A DNA stretch of 60,323 nucleotides, filler included, from Dirinaria sp. TL-2023a (lineage: Eukaryota), in the NCBI GenBank assembly GCA_051941275.1. It is 7 parts of 7 records of this genome, joined end to end, with 100 filler letters (N's around TTAATTAATTAA, not from the genome) between each part and the next. Parts side by side here need not be neighbours in the genome. Positions count along the whole stretch, not along the records: positions 17,322 to 25,856 come from JAVEBF010001172.1; positions 25,957 to 34,484 come from JAVEBF010001173.1; positions 34,585 to 43,102 come from JAVEBF010001174.1; 4 more parts are not named here. The stretch is one strand, 5' to 3'. The notes beneath the pieces are model-generated. The model was not told the DNA's origin and searched no databases. It saw only the letters and a program-made list of their open reading frames with translations. The position numbers and the translations under genes are program-made. Shown here piece after piece: positions 25,438 through 38,600 of this stretch (its first letter is position 1; each line of letters opens with the position of its first letter).

Positions 25438-25605
25438 CCAGCAGCAGCAGCAGCAGCAGCAGCTCCAGCCGTCCCCTATTGAAAGTTCGCGAATGTCCAA
25501 AGGATCGCTTTTGTGCGGGGTTGCCGCCTACGGATCGATATCGACTCTAGTAATCGTCTCGATCAAGTATGACACTCCTCCACTGCTCCCAAAATATTCT
25601 TCATC

Positions 25606-25640
<35 letters not shown>
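25438..25640. repeat. (CAG)n microsatellite (~25438-25462) and poly-A tract (25607-25640)
   Basis: Direct reading. Confidence 0.9.
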
Positions 25641-25643
<3 letters not shown>

Positions 25644-26274
25644 CTTTCCATAAACACAGCACTCGATATGCTAGATTTACGTTCCTAAAGAGCAGCAGCA
25701 CTCAGTTGCAAAGCTATCTATCCGCTTCCACAAAACACGCACCATCATCCTCTGCATCTCGAACCAACCCACCCTTATTCCAAACCTCTCTATTTCTATC
25801 TATCGATTTATGCCCCGCTTCTTATCCAAGAGCGTCCTTTCGTATCTAGACAAGACNNNNNNNNNNNNNNNNNNNNNNNNNNNNNNNNNNNNNNNNNNNN
25901 TTAATTAATTAANNNNNNNNNNNNNNNNNNNNNNNNNNNNNNNNNNNNNNNNNNNNGTGTTACGTGAATTATTCACTCGAAAGATCTGAAGAAAGAATTT
26001 GCTTTTTATTTTTCTTATTTGAATTGAGGTTTTCAGCGGTAAATTCCAAATGATCAGTAATTGGGAGTCGAGGGTGCTTGTGTATGAGAAACGGAAAAGA
26101 CGAGGAAGCAGAAGAAGAAACATTAAATTGTGATCTCGGTTTTTTTTGTTTTTTTTTTTACTTTTTTTTTCCAAATATTCTGTGCCGTGCCGTGCCGTGC
26201 CGTGGATGGTACTTATACATTTCCCGCAATGACATAGAGAGATGAGAGAGCGCGATTTGTTGTGAGTCAAGCGA

Positions 26275-26847
26275 ATGGATCAAATGACATTGTTATCTCA
26301 GAGAACTTATTCAGCTTTGGAAAGGTTTCTAGCCTCGGACCTTCATTCGATCGATCCCTTTGTGAAATTCATAGAAGAGAAGAAAAAAGTATCACTCATG
26401 ACTATGCTGGATATTGGGTAGGAAAGTCTCAAAGAGTTGATAAGCAATTGTGAAAAAAGGAGATATCTTTGATTCGATACTCGAACGATCACGTATATCG
26501 AGCTGATAAAAGCGACTATTTCTAGTAGATCTCCCTCCCCGGTCGATAATCTTGGAGTTTCCTTCACAGAAACCCCAGAATAGGTACTTGTAGAGAAAAC
26601 AGAGATGACCCACATGCCTTTTCCCATGTAAGTGACTTCTTAGCACGTCCTGCGATCTGCAAGACTGAAGTACCGAAACTTAGAAATGAGAGAGATATTG
26701 TACGTTTGGGAAGTTGAGAAGAATAAGGCGCTTGAGACTGTGATTCGTGGATTTCGGCGCTCGTACTCTCCTGAGCAAGTCGATGAGCTTTCTGCTTTTG
26801 ACCAAGAGGGACCGGAGGTCAATGGGGGATGCAGGTCCCATGATTGA
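26275..26847 (+). pseudogene. Possible decayed ORF (~190 codons, 5 internal stops)
   Basis: One frame reads MDQMTLLSQRTYSALERFL...LEMREILYVWEVEKNKALETVIRGFRRSY with stops at 26419, 26470, 26581, 26629 and 26641, each one transition away from a sense codon; the antisense frame is almost fully open. Confidence 0.35.
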
Positions 26848-27493
26848 TGTTCATTTTGAGTTTGGAGCAGGGGAGTGGCAGGTACTTTCTGGTCTTATAG
26901 AGGGTGTCGAGGCAGCTTTGGCGGTCATAAGCAGCTGACATGTATCTTCTTTAAATCTCCAATGTGACATTATCCTATGGTCTAGTAACGGAACGGTCAT
27001 GGTGATGAGTACTTTGAATAAACGATAATGAGGAGATATAGCTAAAACCGTACGACACAATCTTCATACACTCTTATGCCGCATAGGAAAAGAAAGCCAC
27101 TTACAAGGGACGCATTAATTCTTGAATATTCGAAATAGAGACGACATATCTCACCAGCTGAACCTGTTTTCATGAACAATGTTTTCCAGTTGCGGACGAA
27201 AAGTCCAACCCAAAATCTCTTCACTCCCGTGAATTAAGGCTGTAAGCTGCTAGCGGACTGTGTGCCATGCCGTTGATTAAGGTGGATATAAGTATGTGCG
27301 AAGAAGGAAAAGCTTTGCTACATCAATATCCTAACTTCCTGTACGAGATTTTCCACCGCGTTCGAGGCGCCAAGCTTCGGTAGAGTGTCTCGGAGACAGC
27401 TGTGGTGGTAGAATGTGCCTCAAAAACCCCTTTCTAGCCAGAATAAGAGCAGTTGGTCCAATTTCCTCGGTTGGTTCTCCTCGACTCAGCTGG

Positions 27494-30400
27494 TCACACT
27501 TCCGCAACGGACGCTTTTGCTTGAGCGCTCTCTGCATCGCTCACTTGCTGTTTGGACTGCCTGAAATGGCTCCTGAAGATTCCAGAGATAAATCGTCCGT
27601 GCTTTTGTTCTAGGTTCTCTTTGCTGGCGGATCTACCTATGTCGAGGCTGTCGTCGCTTGAGAAGTCATGACTAAGATCAATCTCCGGTATCTTGACATT
27701 TGTCATCTTCGCCTTTTGTACAACTTTCTTCCGTGCTTTCGTGTACTGTTTCTTGATTTTCCTGAATTCTTCTTTGCTCGATTCTCTCTCAGCTTTCAGT
27801 TTCTTCCGCGCAGTTCCTAAAGTTTCGCCCTTTTGCAAGTACTTTCCCAGGTCGTCAATGCGTGGCATCGCCATGAATCTCTCAAGGTTGCCCTCATGAT
27901 AGTTTGTTTCCTTTCTTCTCAGATCTCGCCGCAGCTCATCAGCCGTGTCGTCTATTTTGATATTCTTCTTGGCTTGCTCTTCGGCAGAGGATATGGTATG
28001 GGATAAGATGGACTTATGGTCCTCTTCCGAGATCTCCTGTTCAAGACGCCGATTTGGGTAGCGCGGCAGTGTCAAGAAGAGAAGCTTGGTTAGATCAAAA
28101 AGGTTTTGACATGCGAATTTAAGGATAGTGACAAACAGAAAAGGAGGGAGCACCAAAATACCAACAATGATTTTTCTGGTGTCTCTTCGCCATTGCTGCT
28201 TTTCTTTGAGCTCTATCCCGCGCTGTTGCTTTCTGCGCATTTCATCCGTGACAGATTTTCTCCGCTCGAGAGGTCCAGTTTTCTCCCTTTCAACGGTGTT
28301 GCTAGTTTTAGGACCGCCAGTAGAACCAATTGTCTTTTTATGCTGTTTGTGGCTTTTCCTTCGTGCTGCTAGAACACCACGAGCAATCAGAACATTCTGG
28401 GCTGGCATTCTGAAGAGCCACCAGTACAAGGCTTTAAGGACTGCCCTCCATTGGCTATCACCATGTTCGAGAATAGAATCGTCTTGAGGCAAACGCAGGA
28501 TCTCGTTCTTGTAATACGCAATATTCCGCATCGGTGTGCCAGCGTTAAGCAAGAAGGCAATCGTCGCAAGAAGCGCCACGGCAGCAGCAATTATAAATGG
28601 TTGCACTATTGCTCGGTCGGGTGCTCCTGTCATCGCAAAAACGCTAGCAACAAAACTAAGTGGCAGGAAGATGACTGTGGCGTAAGTGAAGATGCGGACA
28701 TCGTCTGCAGAGCGATTCGACATCCTTGCTTCCTTTAAAGCAAGATCATCAAGGAGCCACTGGCGCAGTTGTATGGCATGTTCGATCAGACCTTCAGTAC
28801 GCTCCAACAGGGAACTGATATTGTGAACCTGACCTTTGCATTTTTTAGTCGAAAGCAGAATTTCCGCACCGTAAGCTGCCTGGTCGTCGCGAGTCCAACG
28901 AGGCTGCACCTCGCGAAATTTCGCACGGTCATCCCATTCTTTAGCAATGCTATAAACGCCTCGAAGGCTTTGCTTTACATCAAAGAGTATTTTGATGATA
29001 TCTCCATAGAGAACATACGTCTTCTTGTTCTGCTCAAAGGTCTTCTTGAAGGTATCGGATTTTTTCGAATTGTAGAAGCGGTTATCCTGCTTGATGTAAG
29101 CATTGCGTCAAAGATCTCGGTTCTTGACATACATCTTTTCGAATTAGTTCAGAGACATAGTTCAAGATCCGTTGTGTTTCGTCGGCAACATATTTCATAG
29201 CTTTTGCGAACCATCTCACCTCCAATACCTTGCGCTGACTATGAAATGTATTCTTATTACCCTCACCGGATGGGTTAGTCAGCGCGAATGAATACTCATC
29301 AGCGAAGAATGAACGTCTCTCGTTAGGTATGTTATAAAAAACGTGGCTGGTCCAGTATCGATCATTCAAATCGCCACAGAAGTGGACACTGATAATCGAT
29401 CTCTCAATCATCCACTCAGGCCGACCTGGACACGGTCTCAATCCTTCATCAAACAATGAAGGATCATTACTTCCAGAACCAATATAATCATCGTCTTCAT
29501 ACTCGTCACTGTCGGAATCCTCGGGATCAACTGGCTTATGAATGATGCTGTAGAAACTAACATGTAGCTCTGTGACCCAGGTATTGATCCGCTTTCGAGT
29601 CTAAGAACCGGTTGTTAGTGTTGTAGTCTCAATTGATCAGTGAGAAATCTTTACTTCATCTCGCAAGAACGTTTCTCGCTTCTGGTGTCTCATCATGAAG
29701 ACGGGAATATAAAAATTCTCTAGGCCGACACATCCAAACAAGACGCTCATGGCCATCCGAATAGTGCATTGGTCAACGGATCTGCAAAGTCAGCGTCTTT
29801 GATGATAGGTTCAATCTGATGCTTTCAGACATACATCAGTCGCTTTTTTATCTCCGATTTTGATCTAGTCGTGCAACGGAGTAGCTCCAGTAGTTCGCGA
29901 GGCCAGCACCATTTTTCTCGTACTGTTTTATCGTTTCCTTTGGCCTTGGACTTTACAACATCGTCAACGACAGCCCACTTCTTGCTAGACTCTCTTTGGA
30001 AAGAAGATTTATTAGTCATCCAAAATTCTGAGAGTTTTCCAATGAAGGCTTTTAAATCTTCTGGAACCTGATAATAGTCGTCATATTGCCATCTCTCTAC
30101 TATTTCTTGTAAAGCCCCTAGATCGCAAGATCGAACTTCGTTCGTGAAGATGTCAGGGTCATTGAAAAGCCAGTCTGGTTCGCAAGGGTTCTCAAAAACT
30201 TGCGCTTCGTCGACAGCTGCATAAAACCCACGTTTTCTTATGGATCGCACGCTCTTCTCATGTCTGTAATTCCCATGATTCTGCGTCCATTCGAGAAGCC
30301 CCGAGGCAAGTCCCTTAGCGTTGAGGAGTTTTAAAGTTGGACGGATCAACGTGCTACAATATTGCTGCCGCAGAAGATAGTAAGGAACATCGAAGCTGGA

Positions 30401-33299
30401 ATTTCTTGCACCTGTTGGTTTGAATAGCGGCGATTGGGTAAGCGGATCTATCTCTGCTGCGATTCTTCCATCGACTAGAACACTACTTGAAAGAACCTTT
30501 GAGCATTGTTCAGCCATCACCTTCGCATCGATCGAATTGTCAATCGAAAATCTAGAGTTCAAAGCCAATATGAGCGCCAACACATATCGGTTTGGTTTTT
30601 TCCAGAGTGCTGCGTGTTGAAAAGTTTGCATTTTCAAAGATGACCACCACTCATCAAATCGGTCTTGCGTTTCGCAAACGCTTGAATCATTCGTTGATCT
30701 CGAAGATGCAGGCTTCGCAAACATCCCACCATCATAGCCTTCACAGAGAATGATGCTCTCAGAATCCCAGTGGAACCGAGGTTTCTGCGTTCCGTTGCGG
30801 CTAAATGCGAGCAGACGCCTTTTGGAGCCTTGGGCTTTGTGATCGGGTACTTTTTCGCTATTCGTTTCCAATGACTCGAAAGTTGGAAACGTGTGATCAT
30901 AGCTGAACCTCTCAAGAATTATAGCTTGTAATTCTTCCACAGGGACCAAGTCTCGAGAACAGCTGGCTATCATCGACTTGATCTCGCCACACACAGTTGA
31001 CTCACTATCAGATTCAGCGAATGCCGTAGAAATCATGGTATGGACGGCATTGATCGCCTGCCAGATAAGAACAGAGTGACAGAGGGAATAGCAAGGAACT
31101 TCGATACGGTAAGTGGAAGTGTAGGTGTCTTCAACCTTCTCAAGATACTCTGTTCTGTCAGACTGCGCCCACAGTCCTGCGTTCACATTTCGTGACGATT
31201 TCAGATAAGCGATCCAACCTTCAAGCCGTTTTGCCAAAGTCTGGGAAATATAAACCCTTTCCAATTCCAGATAATTCGACGCCTCAAAGAGCTTGAGGAA
31301 GTGGATGGCGCCTTGTGAAAGGTCGGATTCATCCGTGATGCGAGATCCAAACGGCCGACACCGAGTCGTCCAGGTTTTGGAAGAGGTCATTTGTGCGACG
31401 TCGAAACACCATTCCAGATGGCCTCTGCAAGTCCTGAGAATACACGATTGGAGAGAAGCTTTCAAGTATGGGTCGGCAATATTACTCATAGCGAGTAGTC
31501 TGTACATATCAGTAAGAAACCGGAATTGATTCCTACGAACATTAGCCGCCACTTCTTCAGAAATACATGTCTCAGGCGGCTTTACAAGCTACTATTGCTG
31601 TCCTGATCTGCTTCGAAACAATGACCATCAGAGAAAAAATAAGTCGGTTTCTCATTCCTATTCCAAGGCACAGGGATTGCTGTAACGAATAACAAGTGTT
31701 GTAGGTGGCGTCGGAATAAAAAATTGGTTTTTCCATCACCGAGCGAAGTAGTCCAATGTCCGCAGCAACTTGATACTAAAAAGTCCTGCGTATCAATGAA
31801 ACGTGGCACTCGAAAATCAATTAGCGCATAAATTAGGATATTTTATTTGCAAACATCTTACCGTGATCTTGGCCAATCCGTTTCCTGATCTGGGCAAACG
31901 CCTCATTGAAGGCTAGCAACAGAGTGCGTCTCGGGACCTCGAGAGATCCCTCGTCAAGATACCCCCAGTATAAGAAATCCTCTTCAAATGACCCTGTATG
32001 CCATTCGACCCCCAAAAGACGTTCAGGTGACATGTTCTCTCCACCCCAGTTGGAGAAGGGCACAGTTGTATTACACTTCTGCTCATCATGCTGCTCAAAG
32101 TCTTTCTTCTCCATCTCCTCTAAATCGTGAGCTGATTCTATCGGCATACCCTGGCCGAAGAGGCTTCTCACTCGATCATTGTGGTCACTATTCTTAGCTT
32201 TATTATACTCTTTCATAAACTCCTCCTCCCTCTTGCGGTGATTTTTCTCGTTGTACCGCACCGAAGCTTCTGGCATCAGATGCATCGAGTAAACTTCATC
32301 TCGTTTCCACTCCTCGCATTCAAAGTAGTAGATGGCTGTCATTGTCCTAGTCTCGCCTTCTAGTAGCTCGAGCTCATGTTCTTGGGTTAAACTAGAAACG
32401 ATCCTCAAGTCGCAATTTATCTTCGCCGACGGATCTGGCACTATATAGGGCACCTCATCTGTGAGAGAGGCGGGTTCAAAGGAGAGATCAAGCGTGACTG
32501 GCTTTGCATCCTTGAAGAGTGATGCTAAAAAGCGAACATGACCCCCAGGTCCGCCAGCAAGAGCGATTGCTGTTGCACCAGTTGTAAATATTCCACCATC
32601 GACGTAGCAAGTAGGCCTCATATTCTGGGGCCTCTGGTAAGGCTCATCAACAATAAATGCAGCGTCAAAAGCAAATTTGACATGCACCCGATCCTTGCCT
32701 CGTAAAATGTAATGTTGAATAACGCGCCTATCTTTGATAGCAAGCTGAATTTCGAGATCCAATTTCTCGGATTGTGATGAGATTCTCGGCCACCGGTCGT
32801 GCACAAAGTCAATCTGGTGAGAACCATGGTCAAAAAGATTGTCACGGATGAGACTAAGACCAATTCCAGACCTGTTTCCCCGAACGATACCATTGAATGG
32901 GTGGTCTGCTTCTGACTTTGAGAGGAAATTCGCTCGAGCTCGGAACAATCCAGATGGACCCATATTCAGCATTTGCACAATGCTAATCAGCTCGCCGTTT
33001 TCATTCACATATGCAGATGTCCCATCGCCGTCCCCAAAGGCAATATCTGATGGAATCGAGTGGCGATCTTTGGGCGGCGTTTGAAGAGTGCACTTCTCAT
33101 CTAGAACTTTCTGCTTATCGGAACCTATCCAAGGAGAGTCCGGTGGATTCGAGAAAGTTTGAACAGGTGACAATATCGACGTTTCGCCTTCTCCAAGCTC
33201 GGGTAATCTTCCATAAAATGGGATAGCCTCGACGTATTCATATGGGTCTTCCACGTCGTAAGGCATAAATTTGGGCCTTTTCCAGAAAAAGCAGGCCAT
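27494..33299 (-). CDS. Large (~1848 aa) protein with a C-terminal CorA-like membrane module; exons 33299-31862, 31808-31586, 31532-29835, 29781-29655, 29600-29133, 29086-27494
   Basis: Five 46-54 nt GT-AG introns join the track ORFs into one open frame (5547 nt); SNRSADDVRIFTYATVIFLPLSFVASVFAM is a CorA-like TM1 preceded by a helical stalk. Confidence 0.85.
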
Positions 33300-34584
33300 C
33301 TTTGAATTTACTCGCAGGGAAAACAAGATCGTCTATATCTGAAGTGCGGGTATATGTTCATTTCCAAATCTAGCGACCACTTTGGTCCTTGTCCTGCGGT
33401 CTGGAAGGCTGGAGGCTAAGAAAGCCGAACTTTCGATCGGTGGCACCAAAGCAATGCCAGCCACCTGCTGGGCACTGAAAGACATGGCTGCAAAGTATTG
33501 AGAGGGAGGATCTAAAAGATCAGGGTTTCTTGAATGCGACAGGACTGGAAATATGCATGCTGAAAATGGTCTGGGGGCATGGTGGTCAGCCTCGGCACCT
33601 TATCGGTTATTTATCTGCATCCTGGTGACCCTCAGCTGTCCTATTCTTACTAGCCATAAACATCATTGCGCTTCCGCATGCTGTAAGGGCGGAGAACTCG
33701 CAACTTTGTAGATGCTGACTGTCCTTGCCCACAGATCTTCAAGCGTTGCTCTGTCCGGTCATCTAGCAGGTGAGTACGGAGTAGTAGGATTCGCTACGAT
33801 CACAAGTACTGTGCCACGAACATCGAAGTGAGCCCTTTTCAGCATTGTCTTGTTCGGACTGGCTAATAAAACTTCCAAAGCCTTGGAAGGTTCTGGACGA
33901 TTGCAGTTCCGAGGAACATGCACGATGCTGCATCAGTCCACCCGGCTTATCTGATGCCCCAATTCGGGTTAGGGAGGCTCGGGAGGGGGAATTCACGCCG
34001 AAAGGACTACAAAGCCTCCAAACTTTAAAACACCTAAACGGTTACACTACCGGATTGTATACCAAATTCTGCGAACGAACTTGCTCAAACCGAGATGACA
34101 GAACAACACGGCTGTCCACAGATATCAGGACGCTGCTACTAATGGCCGCAAGCCAACCAAAGGGCCTTTACTGATCATGCAAGGAGGCGCAGATCTAATT
34201 ATTCACACGCCAACTGTAGAGGCTGTTATTAATGATACTGTGCAAAAAATCTCCAAGCTCGCAAATAGAAATTCCACCTACTACCAAATGTAACGCACAC
34301 GCCTACTATGTACGCCGGTCTGGAAAGAGTAATATGTCGCATTTACTAGAAAGAGAAAAAAAGAAACGAAACTTGATCATCATTACTTTTTGCATTATGT
34401 ACCGCCATGTAAAAATTGTCTCATTCTACCAACCCACCTTTTTTAAAAATAAAAGGGCTCCTTTAAGAGCGCCTCACCTCTCTCNNNNNNNNNNNNNNNN
34501 NNNNNNNNNNNNNNNNNNNNNNNNNNNNTTAATTAATTAANNNNNNNNNNNNNNNNNNNNNNNNNNNNNNNNNNNNNNNNNNNN

Positions 34585-35116
34585 GTGAAAATTTCGATAA
34601 AACGCAAATGAGAAAACGACAATTGAGAGAGCGCGTAAAAAACGACGAGTGAAAAAAAATTCGAATCATGTTTTGTCAATGAAAATGCAAAATCAGAAAT
34701 AAATAATATCGTGATCGTGATAAAAACATTTCGACTAAAATCGACGACGCTGAAACTAAAAACGATCGTCGTCGCTCGATAATACGAAATGCAGATTCGA
34801 ACGAAAAGTTTTGAGACGATATTGAAAAAGTCGACAACTACGTGAGCTGTGCGAACGAAGAGAGAAAAGAAAAAAAAAAAAAAAGAACAAAAAAATAAAA
34901 ACTATTGACGAAAACAAAAAAAAAAGAACGTGTTCGAGATCGATATTAATTGTTATTTTTCGTTGTCGTCGTTTTTTCAGTAAAAAGACGAAGACTCTAC
35001 GTCGAGTTGTCATTTCAATCACTGCGAATTCATTACGCTCGAAAAATCTGCTGATCTGATCTCGAATAAAATGACGATCAAGCAGCAGCTCATTTCGAAA
35101 AAGACGCAGTCATTTC
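34585..35116. other. AT-rich hypermutated (RIP-like) tract lacking CC/GG dinucleotides
   Basis: Manual scan found no CC or GG in 532 nt, while CG, TCGA, CA and TG persist. Confidence 0.8.
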
Positions 35117-35666
35117 GGTCACTCAAAATCGCGCGACGATCACTCAGATCGCGCGACCTTAAGACGGCGCTCACTCGAGGCCCGATGCGGGGTGAGGCCG
35201 AGGCAGATTTCTGTCTTCTTGGCAATGGCGGGCATTTTGCCCGAAGCGGGATGGCGTCCTTTTCCCTCGTTTGGGGGAACAACACAAGCAACAGTAAGAT
35301 ATCTTGGAGCAGAGTGTGTCCTCTCCTTGAAATATGAACGAGTGTCGCAGTTCGATTGTTTGACAAGACACCGGGTGCGATATTATTTGAAGCACGTACT
35401 GGAGGTTGTCCTTTGCTTGCTGTTACCCACCACCCACCCCCCGCAGCACGGAGGTTGGTTTTGTGTGGCAGGAGTGCAGCATGCAACTGTATGTACAACA
35501 GCGCATAATCGTTCATCCACCGCCCCCAGTTTCGGGTGCACAATAATGTTGGATCTTACTTTATCTTTAGCATGATCAGACTGCTTTGGAACTACCTCGA
35601 GTAACAACAAAACAACAGTGCTTTGCGCCACGCCGGAGCCTTCTTTCTTCGCGTCGCGCTTGAGAT

Positions 35667-38600
35667 CTAATATTGGTAACCCCGAAATTCCACATTTCCT
35701 TCCTTCACCGCTTTGGCGAGTTTCCATGCCTCCTTGCTCTTCGTCGGCGCGGCAGAAGCAATGCTACTGTCCAGCCAGTCAATGACATCGACAAAATGAG
35801 TCTGCTTTCGCTTCAAGACGTTGCGGAACGCTTGCGCTGCGAGCCTGCATTGGTTTGACCACCAGTTAGCCGCGTTTCGACTTAACCAGTTCGATCGCTT
35901 CTCGAAACTGGAGACCACGAAACGTCCCCTCAATAATAACATCATCCCACTTACCACTGCACTTGCCCCTTGCTGATTGCGCAATTGTAGTCGCTCAGCG
36001 CATGGTCCTGGTGTTTAGCCTTGACCAACGTATATGCGAGGTTACCGAGATCCCTAATGGTATCTGGGAGGACTGTCAATCTCTCTTCGTTCAAGCCCAC
36101 TGCGAAGAGGCGCACTTACTCACGAGGAGTGTCGCATGGGGACTCGCAGCTGCACGCATACATTTCTGATAGCGATAAAACTTCATCGCCGTTTCGTAGA
36201 AGTTTTTGTATACCGTGGCAAGCACCGTTTGTCGTGAGTTGAATGTGGTGTCAAGGAACATCCGATGCGTTTGGATTTTGAAGGCGCTATGAGATGAATC
36301 AGACCAAGGAGACTCTTCGTGTTCGATTGCTCGTACTTCAGAGTTTTTCGATAAAATGTCTTGCCTGGCATTTTCGACTCCTCCACAGTGAGAGAGTCCG
36401 ATAGTACTGACAACTTTCAGACCCTGATATTTCCACATTCAAATACAGGAGAGTCTTACCACTCTCCTTTCTTCGATCTCGGTCCTTTGTTATTTCCAGC
36501 GTTGTGGTATTGATCAAGTTTCCACAATATGGAAAGTCTGTCTTGCAATGAGCTATCTTACCATCCACGGACGCTTCAAAGTTCGTAAGGCTTTTCGCCG
36601 GGTTAACTTTCACTCCGTAAGGCTCTATTCCACCATGCATTACTCGCAGAAATCGGCTCGCATGATTTTTGTTCGTGGTAACAAGCAGGAAGTCATCAAT
36701 CAGCCTCAGGAGAAGGCTCTCATCGTCTTGCAGGAAGCTCAGGTACTCATGCTCCAATTCTGCATAGAATAGATTGCACAGCAGGCTTGACAGGATGGAT
36801 CCCTGGGGTATGCCTGCCTTCTGCTTGTAGAACTTTTTTCCGATCTTAACCATATTAGCTTCCACATGCTCTTCGAGCAAAGCTAAAATTGCCTTTCTTT
36901 GTTGGCATGCTTGCAAAACAAAGTCTACAAAGACGGTGTTCCGCTTTCCGCTCGCTAGCTCATTCTCGACCGCACTATCAAAATTGATGAATTCCCCAGC
37001 GGACCGGGCTGCAGCAGCAAATTTTCTGGCCGGTTTTGACCAAGCCTCCAAAACCGAACCGTTGCGGTAGGATCCTACGTTCTTGATCTCAGCGTGGCGG
37101 CATATCCTGTAAAGGTCTTCATCCAATTTCTGCCTTACCATCTGGACGACGCGCTTTTGAGGAATAGTATCAAAGCAAGCTTGAACATCGCATTTGGCAA
37201 AGTAGAAACGCGTAGGCGACGAACTGGCGGTTTTGGTGTGATTTTGGAAGGCCTTTAATTTTGGGTACATATCACCAACAGAAAACAGAGCCGAGCCTAC
37301 GCTGGCTGGATGCTTCTTCCTCAGATATTCAAGGATGTTGAACACTGGAGTCATAATGGAGTTTATACTCCTTCCCAGGACAGGCTTGCCATTCTTGGAT
37401 TTATTAACACGTCGCCGCAAATTCATAATTGGCCTCATTCCCTTGGTTTTAGGCAGAAGTCGTACTTGACTGAATCCTAGGGTGCGCGCACCAAGGACCT
37501 TCAATGCTTTCATGGTATTGACTTCTTCGAACATTGAGCCTCTGATCTTGGCTAATGTGGGTTCCGCCAACGCCCGCCAGACATCATGGCGAAAATAGAA
37601 AAGCCGGTTTCGATGGACATTTGATTCGGTGACATGAAAATTTGACCGAATTAGAGGTATGAGAAGAGAGTCGAACAGGTAATAAAGAAACTCTAAGAAA
37701 ATCTCGGTTCGTTTCTGCATATCAGAGAGTGCCATTTTTTGTGCCCCCTCTGAACGGGGCGGGCTGAGCCATGTGATAGCTTTCATCTGTACCTCCGTGA
37801 GCTTCCTCAGAAAATTCGGCACTGCTGCTTACTTTTACTCCCTGGAACACAGTATGCAACGATAAAGATTCAAACTTTCGAAGGTGCACGAATCGATCAA
37901 CATAAAACATGATGTGAGTCTTATTGTCTTTCCCATCATCACCTTCGCCCCAGAAGTGATCAGGGATGAGATTGGTCAAGACAGCTCGACAAAAGGCTGA
38001 AACATTGGACGCCGGAGTTGCGATATCCATGAATGAACACTCTGTCGTAGGACTTTCCACCTGGCCGCTCTCCGCCTGTCCATGAGTACTTTGCGAGGGA
38101 TCAGAAGCGTGACTATTAAGCTGAGATTGGCGATCCGCAGCCATTTTCCTGGAGCCAGTGGCGCGACTTGGAGATGGAGCATACTGTAGACACAACGGTG
38201 AGTACAAGATTGGTTTACTACGGAAGACTATCAGAATATACCGTTGCATCGCAGTAATGCTTGAGCAATTCTACATATGAACAACGAGAATGATTCCTCT
38301 GCAGCTTCTTGACCAGCTCTACAGGGGATCCTCGAAGTCTTCTTGGCAGTTTGCATTTGTCTGTGGGTGCGTCGCCTGAAAATGCACCGGACCGCAATTC
38401 CAGCGCTGGCCGATAGCACTTCTGAGCGATTTCCTGTTCCCGCAGCGTGTAGTCTTGGAATGGCTGCTTGGTCTCTCTAGAATCGACAGTCGACGTAAAC
38501 ACGTTGTGGAGGCCGAATTGCCGGGGAAAAACGTATTGCATGACACGCATGGTATGGTTGAATTGGTTCGAATCAGGGTATCTGTTTAGAACATCTCTCA

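Noticed and set aside
36338..37822. Reverse transcriptase ORF as a retroelement, retron or defence RT
   Set aside because: The T motif, TEN and C-terminal regions and the spliceosomal exon structure identify it as cellular TERT.
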